64,000 bases of DNA, taken from assembly GCF_033153115.1 (NCBI RefSeq), contig NW_026889809.1, positions 5,456,001 through 5,520,000 of the forward strand, read 5' to 3'. Shown one piece after another: positions 1-13,220 of the stretch. Origin of the DNA: Saccostrea echinata (taxonomy: Eukaryota). The position numbers and the translations under genes are program-made. Numbering within the stretch: position 1 is the stretch's first letter; every line of letters starts with the position of its first letter. A model generated the notes under the pieces. The model saw only the letters and a program-made list of their open reading frames with translations. It searched no databases and had not been told where the DNA came from.

Positions 1-571
1 AGGAAAAGTTATATTTAATAATATGTATTTTTCTAGACACCAGTTTCCTTAATTGATAAAATTGAAACATGAAAGAAAAAAAAATTAGAGAAAGATTTGT
101 TAACAATGACAAACTTTCCCATTACACATGTGATGTCAATACAAATCGTAACTCAGATGTACATATTAACATGAACAGCAACGTACGCTTTCTGGAAGCA
201 TATGTAAAAAAATGTTTAAATAATTATATAATTACATTTCTCAGTATATATATTTCTAGATATCAGTTTTCATAATAGATAGGATTAGAAACACGAGAGA
301 GAGAGAGAGCGAGCGATAGGGAGGGGGGGGGGGGTTCTAATGATCTGTCAGCTACTGTAATCAGTTGGTAATACATGTACAGTATCCAGATTTTAGTCCC
401 ACAAGAGAGAGTTTTCATTGTACTCAAGGGGCTAATGTCAGCTACTGTAAATGTCATGACAGGGGTTAGCTCCCACAAGTATCTAGGGGCTAGACACTTG
501 TGTCCCTCCAGTACACATACCTGTTTAGGGACCATTTCATTTGTTGCCAACGTATCCTCACTTCTATTCTA

Positions 572-2941
572 CAGTCCCTGAAACGTTCTACTTTCCCATT
601 TTTCCGTTCGCTCACCGTTCGTTCACCGTTCGTTCAGCGTGCGTTCACCGTTCGTTCAGCGTGCGTTCACCGTTCGCTCTCCGTTCACAGTTTTGCGTTC
701 ACCGTTCACCGTGCGCTCGCGTTCAGCGTTCACATAGCGTTCAGCGTTCGCTCTTCGTTCCGTTCACTTTGCGTTCACCTTGCGTTCAGCGTTCACCTAT
801 CGTTCAGTTTTCATTGCCATTCGGAACTCCCAAGTGAAAGGACTTATCTTTTTGTAGGTAAGGAGTTACAGATTTTTTAATTTAATAACTAACATATCGT
901 GTTTGAAGAATCATTATTTCATAGGGGAAAATATCTAAGATATATATTTTTATTATTCTAACTTAGCTATTAGGTTATTTATTAAATTACTCTGGAAAAT
1001 AAATGTTGTTCTGTACTTATGTAGAACGATGCTGAAATATTAAATTTAACTAAGGGCAATGTGCAAATACTTCAAGAATTGCAACATTTTGTTTTGTTAA
1101 AGACGACAAATCGTTAATGGAGATATAATTATCCAAGTCAAATAATTACGTAGCAAAATTACGAAAATATTTATTTCTAACGCGTTTTTTTATTCAGTTA
1201 CTACAGAAAATATGATAGAACTAGTTCTGAGAGTTATACATCTTACTGCGGATATCCCGTTAATTTATTATCTTTGGAGCGAATTAAATTGATAGTGTGT
1301 TTAAAGGAAATATTTATTTAAAATGAAATGCACTACAGAATTTTCGCTACTATAATACATGTATGTAAAGTCTATAGTTATAGAGAAAAAAAATTCTTTC
1401 TTCACCGTAACTTTATATGTTTGCCATTCGATATGATTAATACCCCCCCCCCCCCCCTTTTCCGATAAATCGGTTACTAAGTCAGTACTGTATTTCCAGA
1501 AAATTTTAATTAACCTGTTAAAAAAAGTTAAGGTCTTTTTTAGAACAAAAATTTCAGTCTCAAAACAAACATGCATCTAAAAAAGTCACAAAACAATAGT
1601 AGTTCACAATGTACACGTGTCGGCGGTGGTATTTGAAATTGGCAGAGAGTATGTTTCAAATTCAAGTGTTAATGCCCAATATATTTTATTCATTTATTAT
1701 TCAAATGTTGGTATCAAATCTAGAAATGATAAAAATAAATGTTATAACTTGTTGGAAATACTCGCACTTCGTCTTCGATGTGACGAAACTTTCACACCTG
1801 CACAGTGTCGAATGATTTTGATTGACAGGACAAGCACGTGGACTTCGTGTGAACTTGAAGCAGGAAAATAAAAACGAGTAATACTGTCAAACAGATAGAT
1901 ATGATTTGTTGATAAAAAAAAAGAAGTTACTTTCACTGTCTAATATATTTAGAAAAAAAATTCAGAGTTATTGTTTGATATAGGTACAAACATTTAGTGA
2001 AGCCTGAAAGGAAGGGGGTGGGGCTGAAACGGAATCTCTCTCTCTCTCTCTCTCATTTGTCTGTTTAATAAAAATTATAACAGCATATTACTTAAATATC
2101 AAGTTCTGAAAATTGAATTTATAACAAATAATATGAATATGTATCTTTGTATTATCTTGTCCGAGTATAATCACGGCCATCTACAGATACATGCAGAAGT
2201 CTGCTCAATAAATCATCATGAAAAATAGAAATGACACATAATATATTATTGTATTAAATATTTAAAATACGAGCGTATAAATGCGAAACGTCCACTGACC
2301 ATTGTAATTATTTTTTTTTCATTACTTTACATGAAATCGCCTTGACACGGAGATATATGAATGGGTGTTACAATCGCTTTAATTCATTCTATAAGTCAGA
2401 AGTTTTCTCTGATTTGTTATCAAATAAGAATAAATATTTTTATTTTCCAACTAAAAAAATATCTTTTATACTTCAGCGTTCGGCAACAATTGCAATGTTT
2501 TAATGCGTTAAAAATCGTATTATTAAAAACTCTATGTGCATGAATCGTCTCTCTTAGGACAATTTTGGAGAATTTATTTTATTTACTTATTTATTCATTC
2601 ATTTATTGGTTTACTTATTTATTATTTTTTTTTTTTTTGGGAACCTGACATTATAATACAATAAAATAGTTTCAATGCAAGGAAAAGATCAGAGGCATTC
2701 CGAATATATCGTTCATCTTGCGTTCACCGTTCGTTCACCGTTCACTTTGCGTTCGCGTTTGCGCTCCGTTCGCGTTCTGCGTTCGCTCACCGTTCACCGT
2801 TCACACATCGTTCACCAAGTTGCGTTCAGCGTTCACACATCGTTCACTCACCGTTCGCTCTGCGTTCGTTCAGCGTTCGTTCACCGTTCGTTCAGCGTTC
2901 GCTCACCGTTCAAGTGGGAAAGTAGAACGTTTCAGGGACTG
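572..2941. mobile_element. Non-autonomous Tc1/mariner-like DNA transposon with TIRs and TA target-site duplication
   Basis: CTACAGTCCCTGAAACGTTCTACTTTCCCA (569-598) is the exact reverse complement of 2915-2944. Termini are CAGT...ACTG flanked by TA (570-571, 2942-2943). Subterminal CGTTC(A/G)-rich arrays lie at ~605-810 and ~2710-2912. The interior is AT-rich with no transposase. Confidence 0.85.
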
Positions 2942-2996
2942 TAGCTGTTTGACAAACCTGTTGTGAAAACTTTTACTCGTTATTTCAATTTCAATT

Positions 2997-3563
2997 ATGG
3001 ATACTTTACCGTCTACTCCTAAAACACCAAGGACTCCGGGTAGTGCACGGAAGCGATCCAGTGCGTTCAAATTGGAATTACCGGGAGACGATTCTGTGTC
3101 CTCCAGGATTAGAGAGAAGATTTCGATTGTAAAGGAGAGATACCGAGCAAGAGACCAGTGCCTGAACAATACTGACGTGATAGAGCGAGCCTTGGACTTA
3201 CTGATAGCGAGTGACTGTACAGAATCTGTTGGGTTCAATGCCATGGACATTCCAGCACACGACGAAAAACATGTACATTTTCTGTGTACTGACAGCGCCA
3301 TCGCCCGCCTGTTGAATTCGGTTCAGCACCACAGCGCCGTGTGTCAGCAGCAGCTTGTCTTCAGACAGGACCAGGTTCTGATTTGTGGGTCAGTGGCAGC
3401 GATACATCTGTCGTGCAGTTCTGGATATTCCTTGTCGTGGAACAGTTCGATTTACCTGCCAAATGGGACTTTCCTGTCCAATGCGCTATGGACCCATGCA
3501 TGCCTTAGCACTGGATTGTTATCTAACCAGATGACTATTAAAGTAATAAGGAATATTGGCTGA
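2997..3563 (+). pseudogene. Truncated transposon-derived ORF (possible Kolobok-type transposase N-terminal part)
   Basis: GC-richer 188-aa ORF. The segment CSSGYSLSWNSSIYLPNGTFLSNALWTHACLSTG resembles the C..GH...W.S.P.....N.....A.L.SG pattern I recall from Kolobok-like transposases. Coding character stops abruptly near 3535. The family call is from memory only. Confidence 0.35.
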
Positions 3564-3857
3564 TATTGTAAAGTAATGCTTAATGTTTGGATAAAGTGTA
3601 CACTGTTGATATTGTTTTATGAAGATATTTGCATTTTTTAAAGGGAAAAAATAAGCGTTTGTGGGCATTTTCTTTCCTTTCTCCTTCTTTTTACCTCTAG
3701 TCTATTTCTCCATTTAAATTTTCTCTGACATTTCTTTTTTCCTCCTCCCCTCCATCTTCTCTCGCCTTTTTTCCCTTTCTCCGTCCACGCCCACCTTCCA
3801 ACTATTTCTCCAGATTTTCATTTCCCTTGTTCACTGTTCTTAAAAAAATCCACTTAA

Positions 3858-4185
3858 GGACATACGCAACATAGTTTGTCTTTTTCCTTGGAGTTGAAGA
3901 GTTCCAATACTTAAAGGAACTGTGTGCTAAATTTTAATGTCTATATATGCTATTGTACACTTCTTCTAAAACAAGTTTGGATAAACAAAACATCTAGAAT
4001 ATATGTTTAGTAATTTTTGTATATTTTTCTTTGAATTATAGAAGAATTTTCATCAATTGATATCTTTTCAAAACCCCTGGTAATGCATGCTGATTTTTTT
4101 GTCTACGAACATCTGATAGCACTATAATCTTAAATTAAGAATATCTCGAAAAAGTATCAGTAGGTAAGGTACGTTGCGTATGTCC
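3858..4185. mobile_element. MITE with 13-bp TIR and TTAA TSD (Kolobok-type termini)
   Basis: TTAA|GGACATACGCAAC ... GTTGCGTATGTCC|TTAA (TSD 3854-3857 and 4186-4189). Confidence 0.75.
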
Positions 4186-4479
4186 TTAAGCTTTATAACT
4201 AATGAAAAGTTGAAAAATAATGTAAATCAAACGAATACAAGAAAAAAAAAACATAAAAGAAAACATTTTATTTTATCTATTTTTTGAATCCGTACTATTC
4301 TATTAATCTCTTTAAGGTTTCATTGCTATATCAGTTTAATGTGTTTGTACAATTAGAAACATTTTACTTTTTTTAACATGTATCAGGAAAATGAAACGTA
4401 TAAGTAATCACTAAAATGAATACTCTCTAAAAACAAAATGCTTGATTTTTAATTAAGGTTAATTACTGTAGGATAAAGA

Positions 4480-5090
4480 TCTTGTCACTGTTTTGTTGGA
4501 CGTTTCATTTCAGATATAATAACGACATTTTAACAGTCGACTCGATATATTCCAGTGAACTTAAAATAAAATACACTACAGAATCTGCCACACATATTTC
4601 ATATTTGGATGATTAAATTGACTATTAACGATAATGGCCAAATATCTACTACATATTGTTTTTATATCTACCAACTGATTCGATAAACAAGATCACCGGA
4701 TGCTCTGGATACAGTCAATTTTTAAAAAAGTGACAGGCTATTGAAAAATAGGTATATGATACAAGGAATACAATTAATTTAACAACTCTTTTTGGCAGTT
4801 TTGGCGAATTCTGCCGTCTTCATAATGACCTTGTCCTACTGTTTTTTTTGTCTATGTTTCATGTACCGTTGCTTTTACACTAGTTTGACTACGGAGTACT
4901 CCGTTTTCCTGATCAATAGAAAGGGAAACAACAAGTGTGATCGGTCGACAGGGGATGCTTACTCCTCCTAGGCACCTGATTCCAGCACTGGCGTTTCCAG
5001 GGGTCCGTGTTTTTTGCCCTGTTAGCGATTTGTTTTTTTCCCCCCTAGATTTATGAGATTGATCACTGTTCGTTATCGTCACCTTTTACA
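4480..5090 (+). mobile_element. Decayed Penelope-like retroelement 3' fragment
   Basis: Contains GTGTGATCGGTCGACAGGGGATGCTTACTCCTCCTAGGCACCTGAT, shared with the copies at ~9830 and ~15950, preceded by degraded RT-like sequence. Confidence 0.6.
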
Positions 5091-5253
5091 CTAAAGGACT
5101 GGAGTCAGAATAACATTTATCTCTGTTGCACATCTATAAAATATAATGCAGGTACAAAAACTGGAATTTATAAATACTAAGTATTCTATGTCATATTACA
5201 AAAATCAGTATTAACTTTCTACTTAACTTTTATTGTCTTTCCGAAAAGATAAA

Positions 5254-5840
5254 GAGTAAAGGCATGCAAGGCGAAGACGATCCCCCGCTCTGAGAGAAGA
5301 CATTTTCCAATTCTAAAAGTCAAATTCATGAAGAGTTATTTTTCAGAAATGTTTACACTTTAAGCCTCCTGTATTTCGTTGAATAAATTATTGACAAATA
5401 CATGTAATATGAACGAGTTAACCACTACGCCAAAAGGTCTACTTGTCTTGTTGTTTGTCAGTGTGATTTAAATAAACGAGCTTCTTGAATCATAAATTTT
5501 AAAAGAATTTTTCGATTTTCATATAGAATGGGTCCAGACTCCATTTTTTAAAACATGAAATAGATTTTACATTTACTTTTCCGTCAATTAAATGTAAATG
5601 AAGAATGGAGACTTGACCCATTCATATTAAAAAAAAATTCTTTGTGGTTCTAATATGGCCATTTTCCACTAAATATGCTTTACTGTCAACTTTGAAAATA
5701 AATCATCAATCAATAAGTCATTCAATAAAATAATTGAATAAATGTGTTGAAGATGACATTACTGAAAACATTATTTTAAAAAAATAGAACTTTTCCCTGA
5801 AGTTTGAAAATTGACGGGTGATTGTCCTCGCCTTTTACTC
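5254..5840. mobile_element. Degenerate MITE (imperfect terminal and internal inverted repeats)
   Basis: GAGTAAAGGC..AAGGCGAAGACGATC pairs with GATTGTCCTCGCCTTTTACTC. Internal inverted pair GAATGGGTCCAGACTCCATT / AATGGAGACTTGACCCATTC. Confidence 0.5.
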
Positions 5841-5908
5841 CCTCTTTCTTCAAGCACATTTTTCTCATTTTTTTTTTATTGTTTTACAGTAAACATAACA
5901 TTAATATA

Positions 5909-6077
5909 GTCGCCTGCGCGGCGCAGTTACGTCGCGGGTTCGAATTCACTGAGATCTGTCCTTCGGATGAGACCGTATAAACCGAAGTCCTATGTCGCAG
6001 TACATGTAGGTGCTGGTAGTATCTCAACATGAGTGAAATTTTCTTAATGGGACGTTAAACAAATGAACAAACAAACC
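5909..6077 (+). mobile_element. Internally deleted tRNA-derived SINE (same family as 42780-43080)
   Basis: Shares the start (GTCGCC..GGCGCAGT), B box GGTTCGAAT, core CCTTCGGATGAGACCGTATAAACCGA and tail GGGACGTTAAACAA..(CAAA)n with the full copy. Confidence 0.8.
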
Positions 6078-7280
6078 ATTTGCATGTTTCGGTAAAATTT
6101 TTTCATGTTTACGTATTTTTATGAAGGTGTTCTGAATTAAGAGGATTCATTACTTTTTTATAATAAAAAAAATGTACTTATGAGCTCTGTACATTTGAAA
6201 TTATCATTCTTTACCTTAAAAATCCTCATTTGGATTTTCCTGTTCTTAAAGTTATAGAAGGCGTATCGGGGTATAATTTGTAGGTTAACAAAGCAAACAA
6301 TCATGTTTTAAGCTGTAATTTTTAATGATAAAAATACTAAGAAAAACAGTCATGAACATAGCAGTTTCTAACATATCAGACAAAGAAAATACATTCAGAT
6401 TGCCTAGAGTGACTCAAAAAAAAAAAAAACAAACAAACAAAACAAAAAACAAAACAAAAAAAAAACGGAATTTTTTATGTTCTTAGCCTCTTCTTTAAAA
6501 AAATATTAAAAATACAGGGACCGGGATAACTTTTCACATGATTTCATATTAAATTCCATAAAATAGTTTTATTTTCTACATAATACTAATAGAGTCGTAA
6601 AGTACGTTAACAAGAAAGTTTGAACTGATTATTACGTCTAGCACCAAAAGATAGTCTAAAGTAATTTACTAGATCTTGACCTTTATCCTTTTTTAATTTT
6701 CAAGCTGTGTACATCTTAAGTTAAAATTTTTGTGGATTAATATTTAAAAAAATAGTGACACACATAAAAGAATATGAAAGATTGACTTCAACTTATCTGT
6801 AAAGCACTGAAGCGACTGGTTGTCTTTTTAAATCCTATTTTGCTGCGAACACTCGATCCAGGGTTCTGCTGAAAACAAAATGATTCGAAATCTGCTGCTT
6901 TCTTTCTTTTTTACAATTTGAAAGGTTAAACAGATGTATTTAGTAAGAGTAACATTGATGAGCACGTAGTTATGAAATTTAACATGTAGAAGCATTCCAA
7001 AAATAAAGTTTTTTTGACGCATCGTCTCGACAATGGCTTGCAATGTCGTGCACCTGTTCTAAACTTTAGAACACAGACTATGTATAGTCAAACACGGTAC
7101 TAGCATTTGATGAACAATACAATGGTAGTACAACGAGCCGTTTATTTTGTCAATGCAACAAACTACAGATGCTAAACATGCATTATTTTAATGTTTTTAT
7201 TAACTTCCTGATCGGAATTTGATTAGTGCTGATCATCTTGAAAATTTCACTCACCAAAATTTTATAACGAAAGGAAAACA

Positions 7281-7349
7281 TATAAAAGACCCATCAAGAC
7301 AGTTCATCTTCAGTCCAGTGTCTCTCCAGAAGCTAGAAACACTTAAAAG
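7281..7349 (+). promoter_or_regulatory. TATA box, initiator and non-coding first exon of the Gly-rich gene
   Basis: TATAAAA at 7281-7287, TCAGT initiator at 7310-7314 (~30 bp downstream), donor AAG|GTATT at 7349/7350, acceptor TTTACAG at 7628 just before the ATG. Confidence 0.65.
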
Positions 7350-7633
7350 GTATTTTATTTACATGAAGAGAAGAAAAATCTATCAAAAATACTCTTTTTT
7401 GCGTTCAGAATAATGGATATAAAAATAGAAGTATTTTTCAAATGATTTTAAACTGTAAAATTTTATTTTTAAATTCTTCGAATTTGATTTTGTAAAACAT
7501 TTATGCACTTCAATGAAGTGTAATTATCTCGTAAAAAGCACGGTATAAAGATATTTTATTTCTCTTATTATTATCAAAGAAATTTGATATTCTTAATTTT
7601 TTGTAAAAAAAATTGTTAACATTTACAGAAACC

Positions 7634-9178
7634 ATGCTTAAGGAGGTGTGTTTACTACTGTTAGTCACATACGTGGCTGCCACATATAACACTGGTAAAA
7701 TTTTATCTTTTCTCTATTTTGGAAAAACTACTGATTTTACTTTTCTACATGTATATCAATTAAATGACCAACATCTTCGTCTATCACAGGTTACCCTTCT
7801 ACTCCGACTGGCCCGTCCTCCATCTACCGCAACTATCCTTCTGGTGGATACAGGTATATCGTCTACATCCAGTACCTCTACTATCTGTATGTAACATACG
7901 GACCAGCCTCTGTCCAGTATCTCCAGTATTACCAATACTTGGTCAGACTGCACATCATTCCTGATGGATTTAACTTTAGCAGAGGTGGATATCCAGGATT
8001 TGGTGGTAGTGGAGCTCTTCCATTAGGTGGTGGAAGTGCTATTAGCCCTATCGGTGGCAGTCCAACTGGTGGATTCCCATTAAGCCCTGGATTTGGAGGT
8101 CTTCCGCTTGGAGGATCTGGTTCCCCACTAGGCAGTGGTATTGGAGGTATTCCTTTAGGAGGCGGCAGTCTTGGAGGTGGATTCCCACTTGGAGGTTCTG
8201 GGTTTCCTTCAGGTGGACTCCCAAGTGGTGGTGCTGGGTTCCCTATTGGTGGAGGTAGTCTCACTGGTGGTTTTCCGCTTGGGGGATCAGGTTCTCCATT
8301 AGGTGGTGGCTTTGGAGGGTTGCCTTTGGGAAGCTCCAGCCTTGGAGGAGGACTCCCGTTTGGAGGATCCGGATTGCCTAGTGGAGGATTCCCGAGCGGT
8401 GGTGCTGGCTTCCCTTTAAGCAGTGGAGGTCTAGGAGGATTCCCAATTGGCAGTGGAAGTCTTGGAGGAGGATTCCCTCTTAGTGGTTCTGGATTTCCTA
8501 GTGGAGGATTTCCAACTGGTGGTGCTGGTTTCCCCATTGGAGGTGGTAGTCTCGGAAGTGGATTCCCCATCGGGGGAACAAGTGGAGGCTTCCCTATGGG
8601 AGGATCTGGATTCCCTATTGGTGGCAGTGGTTTAGGTGGATTTCCATCTGGTGGTAGCTCTTTAAGTTTAACTAGAAGTGGTTCTAGTTTCTCATCTGGT
8701 AGTTCCGGATTCCCAAGTAGCGGATTTCCAACCGGTGGTGCTGGTTTCCCCATTGGAGGTGGTAGTCTTGGAAGTGGATTCCCTATAGGGGGAACTGGCG
8801 GAGGCTTCCTTCTTGGAGGATCTGGATTTCCTATTGGGGGCAGTGGAATCGGTGGATTCCCATCTGGTGGCAGGTCTCTAAGTCTTACTAGGAGTGGGTC
8901 TAGTTTCTCATCTGGTAGTTCTGGATTCCCAAGTGGAGGATTATCAGGTACCGGAGGTGGATTTCCAGGATCAGGACTTGGTGGATTTTCTGATTTCTCC
9001 ACTTTGTCTTCCAGTTTGAGTGGTTTTGATGATCTAAATGACGGGTTTTCCGGAGGCTATGGTGGATACAAATCTGGTAAGTTTTTACTGTAAATTAAAA
9101 ACTAAAAAAAATAATTACTTGATAACTTCACCTAATATCGTATCCTATGATCACTGTGATTTTTTAGGTAAATACTAG
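7634..9178 (+). CDS. Secreted glycine-rich low-complexity structural protein (shematrin-like shell/periostracum matrix candidate), ~452 aa
   Basis: Coding exons 7634-7694, 7790-9076 and 9168-9178 joined by phase-1 GT-AG introns. Signal peptide MLKEVCLLLLVTYVAA, then a Tyr-rich block (YRYIVYIQYLYYLYVTYG..QYLQYYQYL), ~340 aa of GGFP/GGSG repeats and the C-terminus GGYGGYKSGKY*. AATAAA at 9277-9282. Confidence 0.85.
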
Positions 9179-9439
9179 TGAGCCATTAGACTGGAGACCA
9201 AATGAAAACACGGAATTGAAGACTTGGAATGACACTGACTTGGATTTTATTTTTGTAAATATACTCGTGGTTATGGAATAAACAGATGACGCCCAAATTG
9301 TTTTTCATGATGTTTTAAGGTTAAATGAAGTACACCATTAGGAACAAATCTTAGATTTTATGTATTGACTATGCTTTAATTTAAGTATGAATTATGAGAA
9401 TAATGAAGATAATCGAATGAAATATTATGTTATATTACT

Positions 9440-9975
9440 AGAAAAAGACGTTAATGGTAACCTAACAACAAATTTTTTATGATAAATGTGCTGACTTCAA
9501 CTTTTCTATCGTCAACTTCCCTAACTTATGTAGCAATATACCCTTATCACCTGCATGTGGGGTTTATTTCTCCCAGCTGATTCGATACGCAAGATTATGC
9601 TCTATGTATGATTAATTTCTAAAACCAGGTAAATTATTAACCAACAATGATGAAACAACAGTCTCGTCTGAAGTCATCATTTTGCAAGTTCTATGGGCTA
9701 CACAAAGACATTGTCAGCAAATATAATCTACTAGTATAATTAGGTCAAATGATGACTGACGTTTTTCATACAAATTGACACACTGAAATTTTTCCGTTTA
9801 CCCGATCATGACAAGGAACACACGCAGGGTGTGACTGATCGACAGGGGATGCTTACACCTCCTTGGCACCTGATCCCGCCTTTGATGTTTTTGGAGGTCC
9901 GTGTGTGCTCTGCTTCCGGTTTGTATTGTTTAAATGGACTATAAATGATGTTCGTTATCTCCATATTTCATTATA
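9440..9975 (+). mobile_element. Penelope-like retroelement RT C-terminal fragment plus 3' repeat (decayed)
   Basis: Translates from 9478 as YDKCADFNFSIVNFPNLCSNIPLSPACGVYFSQLIRYARLCSMYD*, the Penelope-like RT thumb signature, followed by the shared GACAGGGGATGCTTAC..GGCACCTGATCCC block. Confidence 0.75.
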
Positions 9976-11359
9976 TTCAATGCAACTATAAGCAAGTTCA
10001 ATGATGTCAACCTACAGATAAGCATCAGTCATGGCTCAAGAATTACTGATTAAACTGTTGATAAGCCCACCTGGTATCAACTGTTTACAATGATTTAAGT
10101 TTTTACTTGATTTAAGATTTCTTTTAAAAAAAGACTTCGATTTATGTGAAGTATAATAAAGCATTGTGAGGAGATTTTTACGGATCATTTATTCTAGGCT
10201 TATGGCAAAAACTGTAAAAATTCGTGGCCATAGGAACCGGTAGGGCACGTGGTTGCCCCCCCCCCCCAATTTTTCGGAAATATATTGTATACTATAGAAA
10301 ACATCTCTACTTTATGCTTGAACCCCCTCAGTAATGACCTTTTTTTGCAAGGAAATTTTGCTTGGTAGTGCCCAGGGCTCTCAAACTGAAAATGTTTCAC
10401 ATCCAAGTGAAATTGCTTCCCACGGACCTGAAATTAGAACTTGCAAAGCTTTGTATGAATGGAAAACTAAACAGGTAACAGTATTTTACACTGGATTAAA
10501 CCCTGCAACACTGTCATTATTTTATACTGATCAAACTAATGCATGCCGCATTTATGATAAACTTTAATGATTTTTATGAATCAAAACTTTGTGATAAGAA
10601 TATATGAAAAAAGAAAACTGTGTGAGATATGACACAAGAGAGGTTAAGAAAAAGGCGCCAGACATCTATCTGTATTCAAAGACATTGACACTGAAATCAC
10701 AAATATCAGTATATGTTTTCGTGTCTCTCAAACAACTATAAGTTTTCAAAGAATCACAGATATCACCATACGTATTCATGTCTGTCTGACCTCTATTAGT
10801 ATTCATGTCTGTCTGACCTCTATTAGTATTCAAAGATCGATATCGAAACATTTAACACGATATCTTCCATTGATGTAATCATGATAATGTCTATACTTGT
10901 TGTTAATAGATCATAGTTGATACTCAGAAAATTATACTTAAGAATTCATGATAATTAATTAACTTAGAAATACATATATCAAAGCAGCAAAAAATAACTC
11001 ATTCCATGAGGTTAAAAGCGTTAAATTCTGCACATTATTCTAAAAGGAGTAATACTTTGTGTGGTGAATTTAAAATTAAATGAAAGTTTTAAATGAAATT
11101 TCGCGACTAGAATTAGTCGATGAATGGTTTCACAAACATTGTGATTTAAAAGGTCATACGATGTGCAATTCAGAAAGCAGGATAAACTTTTTATGCATCA
11201 GCGGTGAAGTGATTTAATAAAAAATATTATTATTAGGCACTATTATAAGAAAACGATAAGTTTCTAAAAATTGTAAATTGCAGTTTAAATTTATCATCTT
11301 CAAAATTAAAATCATAGAACAGGACTAACATTGATGTTTATGAAATTAAATGTTAATTC

Positions 11360-11663
11360 TACGAAACCCCATTAAGGACCTATCAAAAATATTTTTGAAT
11401 TCGATATAACGAATTGTCGAATTTGTTCTAACGAATTATATTCGTTATAAAAATTTTTTGAATTCGTAATAACGAATTAAATTTGTTATAACAGATTTAT
11501 TGAATTCTTTAAAACGAATTTTAAAATTTGATAAAACAGATTAAATTCGTTTAATCGAACTCTTAAATTTGTTATAATAAATTGAATTTGTTTAAAACAA
11601 ATGTTAAAATTCGTTTTAACGAATTAAAATTGATTAATCAAATTCAATAATCCAAGCTTAAAG

Positions 11664-11741
<78 letters not shown>

Positions 11742-12035
11742 TCGATATAACTAATTGTCAAATTCGTTTTAACGAATTTAATTCGTTATAACAGATTAAA
11801 AAATTCGTTTCAACGAATTTAATTCATTATAACAAGTTTTAGAATTCGTTAAAACGAGTTTTATTCGTTACAACAAATTTTTGAATTTGTTTTACAAATT
11901 TGTTATAACAGATTAAATTCGTTACAACGAATTCAAAGAAATTGTTATAATGAATTAAATTCGTTATAACAAATTCGCTAATCTGTATTATCGAATTCAA
12001 AAATATTTTTGATAGGTCCTAAATGGGCTTCCGTA
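11360..12035. mobile_element. Foldback MITE with long inverted arms, 6-bp TSD and central (TA)n
   Basis: TAATTC|TACGAAACCCCATTAAGGACCTATCAAAAATATTTTTGAATTCGAT ... TCGAATTCAAAAATATTTTTGATAGGTCCTAAATGGGCTTCCGTA|TAATTC. The arms are built of TTCGTTATAACGAA-like units, with (TA)n at ~11667-11738. Confidence 0.8.
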
Positions 12036-13220
12036 TAATTCTGACCCTGTTTTTAAACATTTTTTTGAGGGGGGGGGGGGGGGGGCGGTAGTTAAAGGAA
12101 GGTGCGTAAATTTTCAATCTTTTTTTTTTTACTTAATCTTAATTAAGTATAAAAGCAAACAAGCCCCCTAAACATGTTGCATTTCCGTGTGATCATTTTC
12201 ACATACATGTACTCTTTGAAATAGGATTGCTTTTATGTTACTATCGAGCAGAGAACGAATAATACAATATTATAAAATAAATGATATCTTTATGATAGGA
12301 ACCACAAAATCAGAAATTCATGTGAAAGATTCATGTTATGTACATTTAAATGTTTGACGCATGTAAAGTAAATGATATAGTTATTTAGCATATCTCCTAA
12401 ATGCGTTTACCTGATCGTTCATTGACTGCTATTTCTTTGTGGAACTCCAAATGTTTATAACATGAAATACTGGTCAAACGTTGCGTCTACAAATTAGGCC
12501 AGTTGCAATATCATAATATTACTGTAAATTTACAAACTATATTCAAATACATGAACTAAATTGTAAATATCCAAATATAAACATATATATGGTAAAAGAT
12601 TCTCAATTAATACATATAACGTTAGATTTATAATTATCTTTATCAGTAAGCACAAATATAACTTTTTCCTGTTAAAAGCAATGCAAAAATTCATTTTTAC
12701 CATTATTGGTCTAAATCGCAAGATTATTTACAAAGCGTATCAATTTACTTTGCTCCATTCCTTTCTTTAACTTTTGACACATTAAAATTGTTTTTGATTT
12801 TAAAGTCATAAGACTTAATTTTTGTGAATAAATCAACCGAATAGAGAGTTTTGAATAAAAGTATTTGTATGTAAAAAGTTTGCCAGAATATGTTCATACG
12901 TCACCAGAGCTGAGCCTCTCTGTTCTGTTTAAGGATATCTGTACTTATTACTTAATGATCTGGAAAAGACACATTCTGAAAATACGTATTTTTAAACATT
13001 TAGATTTGATAACCATTTAAAGTAATAATTAAAATTTCTTGTCAAAGCACAGAACCTTCCTATTTAGTCCACTGTGTGTTTACAGTTAAACAGAGTACCA
13101 ATCCTTTTAAACATATTCAATATAATTCAGAATGACGCATGCCTGGTCATTGTAGCAGATGACCATAGCCGCCATGGTGAGTCTTTTACTTTTTAATGCA
13201 TCAAATATGCAATTACATTT

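Noticed and set aside
500-2966. ORFs rich in RSPFVQRAFTV-like repeats (500-880, 541-837, 2675-2966)
   Set aside because: Translations of the CGTTC subterminal repeats of the TIR element.
7929-9002. 357-aa Pro-rich ORF on the minus strand
   Set aside because: Antisense shadow of GGN-rich codons. The plus strand has the signal peptide, splice sites, TATA and polyA signal.
10773-10830. 27-bp tandem duplication
   Set aside because: Isolated two-copy slippage event with no further structure.
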